Source: a virus
Reading direction: 5' to 3' (one strand)
DNA length: 42,680 nucleotides
IMG/VR virus record: IMGVR_UViG_3300045988_068495
Span: 1-42,680 of that record
The notes beneath the pieces are model-generated. The model was not told where the DNA came from. It saw only the letters and a list, made by a program, of their open reading frames with translations, and ran no database searches. This document shows positions 7,904 to 16,439 of the stretch, one piece after another. A program made the position numbers and the translations under genes. How positions within the stretch are numbered: position 1 is the stretch's first letter; each line of letters opens with the position of its first letter.

Positions 7904-8372
7904 TGGTTTTTCGTACTATCTTTGCGGCGCGTATTATCAGCGAAAAGGAAAGCGACTACATAGAACGGTATGGGAATACCACAACGGCGAAATCCCCAAA
8001 GGATATCATGTGCATCATATAGACGGTGACAGAGCGAATAACCAGATAAGCAATCTTGCTCTGCTTAAAGGACATGACCATTTGAGCGGACATATGTCAT
8101 CGCCTGAGCGAAAAGAACAATCGCGTGAATGCATAAAAGAGGCAGTAAAAGCTGCTGCACAGTGGCATGGAAGCGAACAGGGAAATAAGTGGCATTCTGA
8201 GCATATGCACGAATATTGGCGTAAAGCGCCTTTAAGGACATACATATGCGATAACTGCAAAAAGGAATATCAAAGTAAGGCGGTTCGATATATCGGCAAT
8301 CACTTTTGCTGTAACAACTGTAAAGCTGCGTTCCGGCGGAAGAGGCAAAAGAATGAAAATAAAGAAAATTGA
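7863..8372 (+). CDS. Free-standing HNH endonuclease (HNH_3-like) inserted between the intein halves
   Basis: It has its own frame. TTG 7863 lies 9 nt after GAGGAGG (7847-7853). Motifs HRTVWEYHNGEIPKGYHVHHIDGDRANNQISNLALL, with a C-terminal CDNC..CCNNC zinc motif. Confidence 0.8.
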   Translation: MNVQVISDTIQKFNGFSYYLCGAYYQRKGKRLHRTVWEYHNGEIPKGYHVHHIDGDRANNQISNLALLKGHDHLSGHMSSPERKEQSRECIKEAVKAAAQWHGSEQGNKWHSEHMHEYWRKAPLRTYICDNCKKEYQSKAVRYIGNHFCCNNCKAAFRRKRQKNENKEN

Positions 8373-8457
8373 GAGAGTAGGAAAAGCCGATGTTTACAAC
8401 ATGGAAGTCGAGGGCACACACAGTTTCGTGATACAGGGCGGCATTGTCAGTCACAAC
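8353..8457 (+). other. Intein C-terminal half (IntC, 35 codons)
   Basis: MKIKKIERVGKADVYNMEVEGTHSFVIQGGIVSHN covers blocks F and G and ends in HN. The next codon, TGC 8458-8460, is the +1 Cys. Confidence 0.75.
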
Positions 8458-8592
8458 TGCTCCGACGAATGGCGATATATGTGTATGACAAGACCGATAA
8501 GCCCGATAATACCTCAAAAACCGAAAGTCATATTGTCAGACCCACTGAACCAATACAAAAAGGATGGATACAAAGCAAATGGATATCACTAA
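8353..8592 (+). CDS. terL: Split-intein C half plus the TerL C-extein (44 aa)
   Basis: This is a third frame, with ATG 8353 after GGAAGAGG. The extein CSDEWRYMCMTRP resembles the D..RY end of the terminase nuclease domain. Confidence 0.7.
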   Translation: MKIKKIERVGKADVYNMEVEGTHSFVIQGGIVSHNCSDEWRYMCMTRPISPIIPQKPKVILSDPLNQYKKDGYKANGYH

Positions 8593-10495
8593 GGACACTA
8601 TACGCGCAGACGGCAGCAAAGCGCCTGAGCTTGGCAGCGTTGAAACTGCGGCGCAGATGCTTGGCATAAAACCCATTGGGGAACAGCAGATACAGGATTT
8701 GATGCAGACACTGAACAAATATCGTGCAGGGAAGAAGACGGTCGATAGCCGTATCATTGCGTCGGAAAACTGGTGGAAGCTGCGAAATGACGTCGAAGAA
8801 GACAAGGACGGTCACGCAAAGCCGGGGTTTAGAAGCAAAAGCGGCTGGCTGCATAACGTAATCACAAACAAACATGCCGACGCAATGGATGCATACCCCG
8901 AGCCTAACATACTACCACGAGAACAGGGGGATAAAGCAGAGGCGGCTATGCTGTCTAAAATAATCCCTGTTGTGCTGGAAAAGAACCAGTTTGAGACTAC
9001 CTATAGCAAAGTTATGTGGTCGAAGCTAAAGACCGGCACAGGCGTGTACAAGGTCATATGGGATAAGAACAAGATGAACGGCTTGGGCGATATCGATGTG
9101 CGCAAGTGCAACATCCTTAATCTGTTCTGGGAGCCGGGAGTCGAGGATATACAGCAGTCAAAGTATTTCTTTGAGGTCGATTTTCAGGACGAAACCGAAG
9201 TCCGCGCCATGTTCCCGGGCGAGCTGCCGGAGGGCAAGAACATACCGCATGATTTTATAACCAGCAAATACAGCTACGATGACCATGTAGACACTACGGA
9301 CAAAGTACCCGTTATCAGCGCGTACTATCACAAAAACGGCGTGCTGCACTACATCCTGTTTGTCCCCGGCACTGTGCTTTACGCGACGGAAAATGACCCT
9401 GACCGTGCAATGGCCGGCTGGTATGACCACAGCAAATACCCGTATGTGTTTGACACGCTGTTTCCCATTGAAGGCAGCCCATGCGGATACGGCTATGTAG
9501 ACCTGTGCAAAGCGCCGCAGACGGAAATTGACCTGATGAAAACGGCGTATGTGGAAAATGCAATGGTCGGCGCAAAACCCAGGTACTTTAAGAAAGCCAA
9601 CTGCGGCGTGAATGTTGAGCAGTTTACGAACCTGAATGAAACCATCATAAACGTCGAAGGCAGCTTAAACGACGATAACCTAAAGCCTGTTACGCACGAT
9701 AACCTTGACGGCAACTATATAAGCATGCTGCAGCTTAGCATCAACGAATTGCGCGAAACCAGCGGCAACACAGAAACCGCAACAGGCACGACAAGCAGCG
9801 GAGTAACGGCTGCAAGCGCAATAGCGGCATTGCAGGAAGCCAGCGGCAAAGGCAGCAGAGACAGCACCAAGGCAAGCTACAGGGCATACAGCGAATTAAA
9901 CTATCTTGTCATAGAGCTGATAAGGCAGTTTTACGATGCGCCGCGTCAGTTCCGCATTCTGGGCGACGGCGGCGAGGAATTGTTCTTAAGCTATTCCAAC
10001 GAGCACATAAAGCCGCAGACACAGATGTTTGCCGGATACGATATCGGGCAGCGTGTGCCGGAGTTTGATATCAATGTCGTTCCGCAGAAGCGCACGGCAT
10101 ACACCAAGATGTCAAATAATGAATTGGCTTTGCAGTTTTATAACCTCGGCTTTTTCAATCCGCAGCAGACAGACCAGGCGCTTGCATGCCTTACGATGAT
10201 GGATTTTGACAGCATCGACAACGTTCGAAAGACCATCAAGCAGAACGGCACACTGTTTGACCGATTTAATACGGTACTGCAAGTCGCGGCACTGCTTGCG
10301 GCCAAATGCGGTGATGCGCAGTCGCTTGCACAGATACAGGCTATAGCACAGCAGGCTAACGTACAGATCAGCACACCGCAGGCGAATATACAGATTGCAG
10401 AAGACCCTGCCAAGCGCGAACATGCGCAGGTGTCTAACGCCCGGGCAAAGACGCGCGAGGCGGCAATGCCCGATGGAGGATATGCAACGACATGA
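8564..10495 (+). CDS. Portal protein
   Basis: 643 aa immediately after terL. Contains ENWWKLRN and a conserved central region with an acidic, Gln-rich tail. Position and size are typical for a portal. Confidence 0.8.
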   Translation: MDTKQMDITKDTIRADGSKAPELGSVETAAQMLGIKPIGEQQIQDLMQTLNKYRAGKKTVDSRIIASENWWKLRNDVEEDKDGHAKPGFRSKSGWLHNVITNKHADAMDAYPEPNILPREQGDKAEAAMLSKIIPVVLEKNQFETTYSKVMWSKLKTGTGVYKVIWDKNKMNGLGDIDVRKCNILNLFWEPGVEDIQQSKYFFEVDFQDETEVRAMFPGELPEGKNIPHDFITSKYSYDDHVDTTDKVPVISAYYHKNGVLHYILFVPGTVLYATENDPDRAMAGWYDHSKYPYVFDTLFPIEGSPCGYGYVDLCKAPQTEIDLMKTAYVENAMVGAKPRYFKKANCGVNVEQFTNLNETIINVEGSLNDDNLKPVTHDNLDGNYISMLQLSINELRETSGNTETATGTTSSGVTAASAIAALQEASGKGSRDSTKASYRAYSELNYLVIELIRQFYDAPRQFRILGDGGEELFLSYSNEHIKPQTQMFAGYDIGQRVPEFDINVVPQKRTAYTKMSNNELALQFYNLGFFNPQQTDQALACLTMMDFDSIDNVRKTIKQNGTLFDRFNTVLQVAALLAAKCGDAQSLAQIQAIAQQANVQISTPQANIQIAEDPAKREHAQVSNARAKTREAAMPDGGYATT

Positions 10496-10836
10496 TAAAC
10501 GTATGCGTAAACAGCACCGGCAGCACATTCGAATTAAAAATCGAAGGGCATGCGCGGTCTGCGCCCAAAGGCGAGGATTTGATATGCGCGGCTGCGACAA
10601 TCCTTGTGCGCACGGCAGCGGCTATTTTGCAGGAAAGTTCCAAAGATATCACGGAAATTGATATATCCGACGGCAAAGCGCGAATAAAGCTGACTGAATA
10701 TGACCCTGTGGCGGTCATTGAAATGTCGGTAATAGTCAAGGGCTTTGTGTTGCTGATGCAGGAATACCCGGAATACATAAAAATTTTCACAGAAACTGAA
10801 AAAAATGCGCAAGGTGGGGCTGAAAGCAAAGCATAA
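10492..10836 (+). CDS. prp: Prp-like cysteine protease (ribosomal-processing protease / DUF464 family)
   Basis: IEGHARSAPKGEDLICAAATILVRTA matches the GHA...D.VCAA.S catalytic His/Cys pattern. ATGA overlap with the portal gene. Confidence 0.65.
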   Translation: MINVCVNSTGSTFELKIEGHARSAPKGEDLICAAATILVRTAAAILQESSKDITEIDISDGKARIKLTEYDPVAVIEMSVIVKGFVLLMQEYPEYIKIFTETEKNAQGGAESKA

Positions 10837-10850
10837 GTAAATGCTATGCT
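10799..10850 (+). promoter_or_regulatory. Conserved late box, copy 2 (A7-TGCGCAAGGTGGGGCT-N23-TATGCT)
   Basis: See copy 1. The hexamer is followed by GAAAAC, compared with GAAATC in copy 3. Confidence 0.4.
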
Positions 10851-10944
10851 GAAAACGTGGGTTGCATGAGACAGCAAGTTCACCTCCTTTAAGATGCCGC
10901 CCCGGCAGACGGCGGCTGTAATAGTCTGCTTTCTCCTTTCTTGT

Positions 10945-10976
10945 GGGCGGAGTCCCCCCTTCTCCGCCCCTTTTGT
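10945..10976 (+). terminator. Rho-independent terminator in the prp-scaffold intergenic region
   Basis: GGGCGGAG-(9 nt)-CTCCGCCC followed by CTTTTGT. Confidence 0.65.
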
Positions 10977-10978
10977 AT

Positions 10979-11045
10979 ATCGCCTTAGTTTAACGGTAAA
11001 ACGCTCGGAGAGATAGAGATGCAGGTTCGAGCCCTGCAGGCGGTA
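10979..11045 (+). ncRNA. tRNA-like element: acceptor, D and T arms are intact but the anticodon arm is aberrant. Not a canonical tRNA.
   Basis: Acceptor ATCGCCT/AGGCGGT (7 bp, one G:U). D arm GTTT-AACGGTA-AAAC. T arm GCAGG-TTCGAGC-CCTGC. Only 18 nt lie between the D and T arms and no 5-bp anticodon stem forms. Confidence 0.3.
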
Positions 11046-11090
11046 CGACGGACTTGTCCACCTACGGGCAAATAAATAGGAGGCATGTAA

Positions 11091-12104
11091 ATGCACAACA
11101 AATTCAGTTGGCTGCAGCTATTCGCGGACGGTACCGGCGATGGCGGTGCAGCCACTTCGGGCGAAACATCTGCCGCCGCCGGGCAGAACACGGGCGTTAA
11201 TGTGTCTGTTGCCGCCGAACAGACAGCACCGAAAACCACGGCTGACAGGCTCGCAGAGCTTGGAGTGCCTAAGGAAAAACTCGGACGGGCGAAATATGGC
11301 AAGGCTGTTAATCAGCCTAAAGCCGATGCGCAGGCCGCCGCTGCGCCAAAGGAAGCCATAGAGGCAGCAGAGACTAAAGATACAGCAAAGCGGCTTACAT
11401 GGGATGAAATCATGGCAGACCCCGACTATAACCGGGAGATGCAGAAAGTAGTCTCGTCGGCAAAGACAAAGTACAAGGCGGACGCCGAGGGGCTTGAGAA
11501 GCTTGCTCCGGCGCTGCAGCTGCTATCCAAAAAGTACGGCGTAGACTCGGGAGATTATGACGCAATCGCAAAAGCGGTCGCGGATGATGACGAGTATTAC
11601 GAAGACCGTGCGATGGAATTGGGTGTATCGACCGAGGTAGCAAAGCAGCTCGAGCGCTCCGAGGCTGTGGCAAGAGCGGCAGAAGCGCAAAAGCAGCAGT
11701 TTATCAACGAGCAGAAGCTTATGGAGCATCTGGGCAAGATGAACGCGCAGGCCGTTGAGCTTCAGAAAAAATACCCCAACTTTGATTTGCGGAAAGAGCT
11801 GGACAACCCTACATTCCGACGCTTGACCGCGCCTGACCTGATGTTTTCCCTCGAGGATGCATATGAACTTGTGCATCGAGATGAAATAAAGGAAAGCATA
11901 CGGCAGGCAGCGCTGAAAGCATCGGTGCAGCAGGTGTCTAATGCTGTGCAGTCGAATAGATCGCGCCCGAGTGAGGGCGGCGTTCCCAAGTCCTCTAACG
12001 CTTCCATTCAGACGTTTGATTACAGAAACGCCACACGGGAGCAGAGAGAGGCGTTGAAAGCCCGGATCAGATCGGGTGAAAAGATATATCCCGGGCAGTT
12101 TTAA
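11091..12104 (+). CDS. Scaffolding protein with an N-terminal Prp-type cleavage motif
   Basis: Sits between prp and the capsid gene. The product is acidic, Ala/Lys-rich and coiled-coil. N-terminus MHNKFSWLQLFADG. RBS is TAGGAGG. Confidence 0.7.
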   Translation: MHNKFSWLQLFADGTGDGGAATSGETSAAAGQNTGVNVSVAAEQTAPKTTADRLAELGVPKEKLGRAKYGKAVNQPKADAQAAAAPKEAIEAAETKDTAKRLTWDEIMADPDYNREMQKVVSSAKTKYKADAEGLEKLAPALQLLSKKYGVDSGDYDAIAKAVADDDEYYEDRAMELGVSTEVAKQLERSEAVARAAEAQKQQFINEQKLMEHLGKMNAQAVELQKKYPNFDLRKELDNPTFRRLTAPDLMFSLEDAYELVHRDEIKESIRQAALKASVQQVSNAVQSNRSRPSEGGVPKSSNASIQTFDYRNATREQREALKARIRSGEKIYPGQF

Positions 12105-12149
12105 GCCTTGAGCGTTTCCGCGTGGCCTATGACCATGAAAGGAAACGAT

Positions 12150-13301
12150 ATGATCAATTTTAATTGGATTCAGATTTTCGCAGATGCAGGCACCGTTGTT
12201 AACACCCTTGTTAGCAACGGCACCTCCAACTACACCAACGCATACACCGGCGAGGCCGTCGCGGCCAGCCCTGCCACTAACACGATGGCGCCCGAACTTA
12301 AGACGTTCTATGACACTGAGCTGCTCGAAAATGCCAGAGTTGAGATGTTCTATGCGCAGTTTGGCCGCAAGCAGAGACTGCCCAAGAACGGCGGCACCAC
12401 TGTTGAATGGCGTAAGTTTAACACCTTTGCAAAGGCGACTGAGCTTAAGGAAGGCGTTATCCCCACCGGTCAGCAGTTTGGCGCAACTAAGCTGACTGCA
12501 TCTATCACGCAGTATGGCACTTACACCTCTATCACCGATAAGCTCGAGATGCGCGCATATGACGATGTCATTCTTGCAGCGACCGAGGAAATGGGCGCAT
12601 CCGCTGCGGCTACTCAGGAAACCCTTATCCGTGATGCGCTGCTTGTCGGTACTAACGTAATGTACTGCGATAACGTCACCGAGGACGGCACTAAAGTTTC
12701 TACTCCTACTTCCCCGGCAACCATGGGCGCAGGCGGCACTACTTCCAGCGGCGGCAGCTCGACTCCTGACGGCTGGGCACTGCTTACCCCCACCATGGTA
12801 AACAAGGCCGTTACTAAGCTCAAGAAAGACCGTGTGCCCAAGATAAACGGCAAATACTATGCTGTTATCCATCCCTCTGTTGCATATGACCTGCGCCAGA
12901 GCAAGGAATGGATTGAAGTGCATAAGTATGCAGCTACCTCCGAGATCTTCAACGGCGAAATCGGCGAGCTGCACGGCTGCCGCTTCATCGAGGATACCTA
13001 TGCACCTATTCTCGGCGCGAGCTACAAGTATTCCAGTAGCGCTACCTACAAGAATAAGTCCGATGGCGTTACTTATGCGACTTACTTCTTCGGCAAGGAC
13101 GGCTTTGGCATTATCGACCCCGAGGGCGGCGGCCTTGAGATGATCGCTCATGACAAGGACGAAATCGGCGGTCCTCTTAACCAGTTCAGCACCATCGGTT
13201 ACAAGTTCGAGACCAACGGCGCAACTATCCTTTACCCTGAGCGCGTACTCCGCGTGATGTCCGTCAGCTCGTATTCCGCGACTGACGAGGAAAACAAGTA
13301 A
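12150..13301 (+). CDS. Major capsid protein (HK97 fold, N4-gp56-like type) with an N-terminal Prp-type cleavage motif
   Basis: ATG 12150 follows AAAGGAAA. N-terminus MINFNWIQIFADAG. Also YYAVIHPSVAYDLRQSKEWIEVHKYA and FNGEIGELHGCRFIED. Confidence 0.85.
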   Translation: MINFNWIQIFADAGTVVNTLVSNGTSNYTNAYTGEAVAASPATNTMAPELKTFYDTELLENARVEMFYAQFGRKQRLPKNGGTTVEWRKFNTFAKATELKEGVIPTGQQFGATKLTASITQYGTYTSITDKLEMRAYDDVILAATEEMGASAAATQETLIRDALLVGTNVMYCDNVTEDGTKVSTPTSPATMGAGGTTSSGGSSTPDGWALLTPTMVNKAVTKLKKDRVPKINGKYYAVIHPSVAYDLRQSKEWIEVHKYAATSEIFNGEIGELHGCRFIEDTYAPILGASYKYSSSATYKNKSDGVTYATYFFGKDGFGIIDPEGGGLEMIAHDKDEIGGPLNQFSTIGYKFETNGATILYPERVLRVMSVSSYSATDEENK

Positions 13302-13309
13302 TTATCCCG

Positions 13310-13335
13310 GGAGGGGCGGAACACTCTGCCCCTCC
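13310..13335 (+). promoter_or_regulatory. Stem-loop without a U-tract just after the capsid gene
   Basis: GGAGGGGC-(10 nt)-GCCCCTCC. Confidence 0.3.
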
Positions 13336-13353
13336 GCCTGAGAGGAGCAAAAC

Positions 13354-13578
13354 ATGGCTAAAAAAACAGATGATGAAAGAGTTGAAATGTTTATACCGAG
13401 AGGCGACAGAAACAGTGACCCCGATCTGTTTGTATCGATAAACGGAAAAAACTATCTGCTGCCCAAAGGCAAAACAAGCCTCGTTCCGAAAGAAGTAGCG
13501 GACGAGATCGAGCGCTCAAACTACGCTCAGCGCATGCTTGACGAGCACATCGACGAGATGAAGTTTGCCGCGCACTAA
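13354..13578 (+). CDS. Small hypothetical head-module protein
   Basis: Track ORF with RBS GAGAGGAG, followed by a terminator. Confidence 0.5.
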   Translation: MAKKTDDERVEMFIPRGDRNSDPDLFVSINGKNYLLPKGKTSLVPKEVADEIERSNYAQRMLDEHIDEMKFAAH

Positions 13579-13595
13579 TTAATATCAAAAATAAC

Positions 13596-13619
13596 AGCCG
13601 CCTCATGGCGGCTATTTTA
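13596..13619 (+). terminator. Rho-independent terminator
   Basis: AGCCGCC-TCAT-GGCGGCT followed by ATTTTAA. Confidence 0.7.
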
Positions 13620-13632
13620 ATAGGAGAACAAT

Positions 13633-14007
13633 ATGACAATTGCAGAAGCAATAGACATTACCGATAAGCTTACGCCTAACGCATACGATGAAACCGAAAA
13701 GGTACGATGGCTGCTGACTATTGATCAGATGGTGTATACAGACCTGATAGCCACGCACGAGGGCGCGGAGAGGTTTGAAAAGCCCGAGTATGCAGCAGAG
13801 GACATAGCGACCGACTTGCTGGTTCCTGAGCCGTATGCAGAGGATATCTATATTAATTACCTACAGGCCAAGATAGCGCAGCAGAACGGCGAGGATGCCA
13901 AGTACAACAAAGCCGTTCTGTTTTACAACGACGGTTACACGCGATTTGCGCAGGCGTATGACGCGGCGCACAGGCCGCTGCCGAAACTGACGCATTTCAG
14001 ATTTTAG
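13633..14007 (+). CDS. Putative head-tail connector/adaptor protein
   Basis: Assignment rests on position after the capsid module. Pattern EKVRWLLTIDQMVY..PYAEDIYINYLQAKIAQQNGE..YN..FYN. Confidence 0.3.
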   Translation: MTIAEAIDITDKLTPNAYDETEKVRWLLTIDQMVYTDLIATHEGAERFEKPEYAAEDIATDLLVPEPYAEDIYINYLQAKIAQQNGEDAKYNKAVLFYNDGYTRFAQAYDAAHRPLPKLTHFRF

Positions 14008-14016
14008 GAGGACGGC

Positions 14017-15993
14017 ATGCCGACATATATAACTATACCCGAAAGCAGCACGGTTGAAACAGTCGTTGATACCTTCGGCGGCTATAACCACAACTACAAA
14101 ATCGGCGACGGCGAGTTTTACGATATGCAAAACCTCACGAGCGATTACTACCCGCTCATGGGTAATCGCGATGCAAGGAGCATTATAGCTGCCGGGAAAT
14201 TTACCGCGATATACGGCATGATCGCCGACGTTGACTCAAATCTTTACGTTGTCGGCAAGACCGCCGATAGCGGAGTCGGGATTTACAAAATCTATCGCGG
14301 CACCGGTACATATACCACAACCAAAAAGGTTTTATTAACGGTAGATGGTGTGGTAGATAACTCAATCAGCATATCGGAAAGCACAAAGCAGATGATGTTT
14401 TTCTCCAATAAGCTCGTTATTTATCCCGATAAGCTGAGTATTCGAAGCGAGAGCGGCACGGCAACAGATACAACGGAAAATCACGAGTATGAAAAGCTGT
14501 ATAAGTCTATCGAGGCGACGGCCACGACGGATACACCGATAAAATTTACGGCTTGCACAGAAGACGGCGAAGCAGTGACCTTTACCAAGAGCGCAACAGC
14601 GCCGTCCAGTCCTAAAACGGGTGACTTGTGGCTTGACACGTCGAGCACCGATACCGGCGCGGTGTGGAAAAAGTACATTGCCGGATCATGGGCTAAGACA
14701 AGCGACATAAAGGCACGTATCGTTTTGCCGATGGGTACGATGACCGAAAAGGCAATAAACAAAATCAGTATCGATAGCGGCGACACGATAGAGATATCTT
14801 TTACCGACGCGACGTTCTCCGAGGGCGATAACTCGGCAAAGTTTGAAGGGCAGCACACTCCGACAAAGCGAGTTATCAATAAGACCAACGAGACAACGGC
14901 GGCCGATGGCTCAAAGTCGTATACAGTCGAGCTTATATATGTGTTCGTTGATATCGTAACCGGAGACTTTAACCAGACAGCAGGCAGCATAAAGCTTTAT
15001 AGGGATGCGCCAGACCTTGACTTTGTTGTGCAGGCGCAAAACCGCATTTGGGGATGCAGATATAACTATGAAGCATCCGAAGATGCCGAGAAAACGAATG
15101 TAAATGAGATATACGCATCAAAGCTTGGCGACGAGACCCGATGGTCAACCTACAAGGGCGTTAGCACCGACGCATACCGTGCATCTATAGGCACTCCGGG
15201 CGCTTTTACAGGCGTGGCTAACATCGGCGGCAACCTGATTTTCTTCAAGGAAAACTGTTACCACAAGGTCTATATATCCAGCTCCGGCGCACATCAAATC
15301 ATAGATAAGACCGTGCAGGGCGTTCAGACGGGGTGCAGCGGTTCGGTCACTGTGATAGATGATGTTTGCTATTACAAGTCTCGCGGCGGCGTGATGGCGT
15401 TTGACGGCACTCAGGCATATGACATCGGCGCGCCGCTCGGTAACGTGTATTACGTTGCGGCCGAGGGCGGCAGTGCAAACGGCAAGTATTATCTATCCCT
15501 CAAAGACACAAGCGGCAAATGGTCGCTGTTCGTGTACGACACAAAGCGCGGACTGTGGCACAAGGAAGATGAAAAGCACGCGCTTGCATTCTTCTCGATT
15601 AACAATGAAACATTCTTCGTCACCGAGGACAGCAACGGATACGCAATAAACCTTATATCCGACTACACGAAAACAGGCAATGAAGAAGCCGCATTTGAGT
15701 GGGAAGCCATAACGGGCTTGCAGGGCTATAACTACACCGGTCAGAAGTACATAAGCCGCTTTAATCTGCGCATGATGCTGCCCAAAGGCTCGGAGATGAT
15801 GATCTACATCGAATACGACAGCTCCGGCGTTTGGGAAAAGCAAGGCCGCATAAAAGGACAGGGCACGACAACATTCATGGTTCCTGTCAAGCCTAAGCGC
15901 TGCGACCATTTCAGAATAAAGCTCTCGGGGCATGGCACGGTGCGGCTCTACAGCTTTAGCAAGCAGTTTGAGGGAGGTACGGATATCAAATGA
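14017..15993 (+). CDS. Large virion structural protein (tail or adaptor candidate)
   Basis: 658 aa in the structural operon, with RBS TAGGAGGA. No recognisable motif. Confidence 0.4.
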   Translation: MPTYITIPESSTVETVVDTFGGYNHNYKIGDGEFYDMQNLTSDYYPLMGNRDARSIIAAGKFTAIYGMIADVDSNLYVVGKTADSGVGIYKIYRGTGTYTTTKKVLLTVDGVVDNSISISESTKQMMFFSNKLVIYPDKLSIRSESGTATDTTENHEYEKLYKSIEATATTDTPIKFTACTEDGEAVTFTKSATAPSSPKTGDLWLDTSSTDTGAVWKKYIAGSWAKTSDIKARIVLPMGTMTEKAINKISIDSGDTIEISFTDATFSEGDNSAKFEGQHTPTKRVINKTNETTAADGSKSYTVELIYVFVDIVTGDFNQTAGSIKLYRDAPDLDFVVQAQNRIWGCRYNYEASEDAEKTNVNEIYASKLGDETRWSTYKGVSTDAYRASIGTPGAFTGVANIGGNLIFFKENCYHKVYISSSGAHQIIDKTVQGVQTGCSGSVTVIDDVCYYKSRGGVMAFDGTQAYDIGAPLGNVYYVAAEGGSANGKYYLSLKDTSGKWSLFVYDTKRGLWHKEDEKHALAFFSINNETFFVTEDSNGYAINLISDYTKTGNEEAAFEWEAITGLQGYNYTGQKYISRFNLRMMLPKGSEMMIYIEYDSSGVWEKQGRIKGQGTTTFMVPVKPKRCDHFRIKLSGHGTVRLYSFSKQFEGGTDIK

Positions 15994-16427
15994 TAGTAAT
16001 ACCTCAGCCGCCTCGAATTTTCGGCACATCCGAGGAAAAGGTAACTCAGCTGCACCGATACACGGCTCAGCTCGCCGAAAGCCTCTCGGTGTGGCTGAAC
16101 GTCGAGGGCGCGACAAGCGACACAAGCAGCCAGGCGAGCACGAGCGTTGTTGTTGCCGAGGTCTCATCGGACAGCAATGTTGCTTACGGCACATTCCAAA
16201 TGACATACGGCACGGAGAGCGACACGACGGTGAGTGTGAGCTTTGGCAGCAAGGCAAAGTTTGCAGACAAGCCCGTTGTTATTTGCTCCCAGCCGTTTTC
16301 AGATCGCAATATAACGATAAAATCCGACAACGTAAGCAAAACCGGCTTTACCGCCTCGCTCCCCAAAGCGGACGAGGCCGGAAGCTGCACAGTGATGTAT
16401 ATAGCAGTCGGAAAAGCACAGGATTAA
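15990..16427 (+). CDS. Hypothetical virion protein
   Basis: ATGA overlap with the upstream gene. The central region is Ser/Thr-rich. Confidence 0.4.
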   Translation: MIVIPQPPRIFGTSEEKVTQLHRYTAQLAESLSVWLNVEGATSDTSSQASTSVVVAEVSSDSNVAYGTFQMTYGTESDTTVSVSFGSKAKFADKPVVICSQPFSDRNITIKSDNVSKTGFTASLPKADEAGSCTVMYIAVGKAQD

Positions 16428-16439
16428 CGGAGGATTTAT

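Noticed and set aside
6272-8592. A single contiguous bifunctional intein (Hint plus in-frame HNH domain) in terL.
   Set aside because: - The three segments are in three different frames.
- IntN ends in a stop codon.
- The HNH ORF and the IntC ORF each have their own SD and start.
- Only undetected sequencing indels at two separate places could make them contiguous.
10979-11045. A canonical tRNA gene.
   Set aside because: - The acceptor, D and T arms fit.
- However, the 18 nt between the D and T arms cannot form a 5-bp anticodon stem with a 7-nt loop and a variable loop.
- It is therefore reported only as a tRNA-like element.
10434-11096. A 220-aa minus-strand ORF spanning prp and the intergenic region. 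A perfect SD (AAAGGAGGTG) lies 5 nt before an internal TTG.
   Set aside because: - The product has no features and is antisense to a well-supported gene.
- The SD-like 10-mer is better explained on the + strand as part of the structured intergenic RNA.
- It is kept only as an alternative in the finding for 10837-11090.
11523-13151. A 542-aa minus-strand ORF, the longest antisense ORF in the window.
   Set aside because: - It lies fully antisense to the scaffold and major capsid genes.
- Its composition is Arg/Cys/Leu/Gly-rich and junk-like.
- It has no RBS and no recognisable motif.
- This is typical of stop-poor antisense frames in GC-biased coding DNA.
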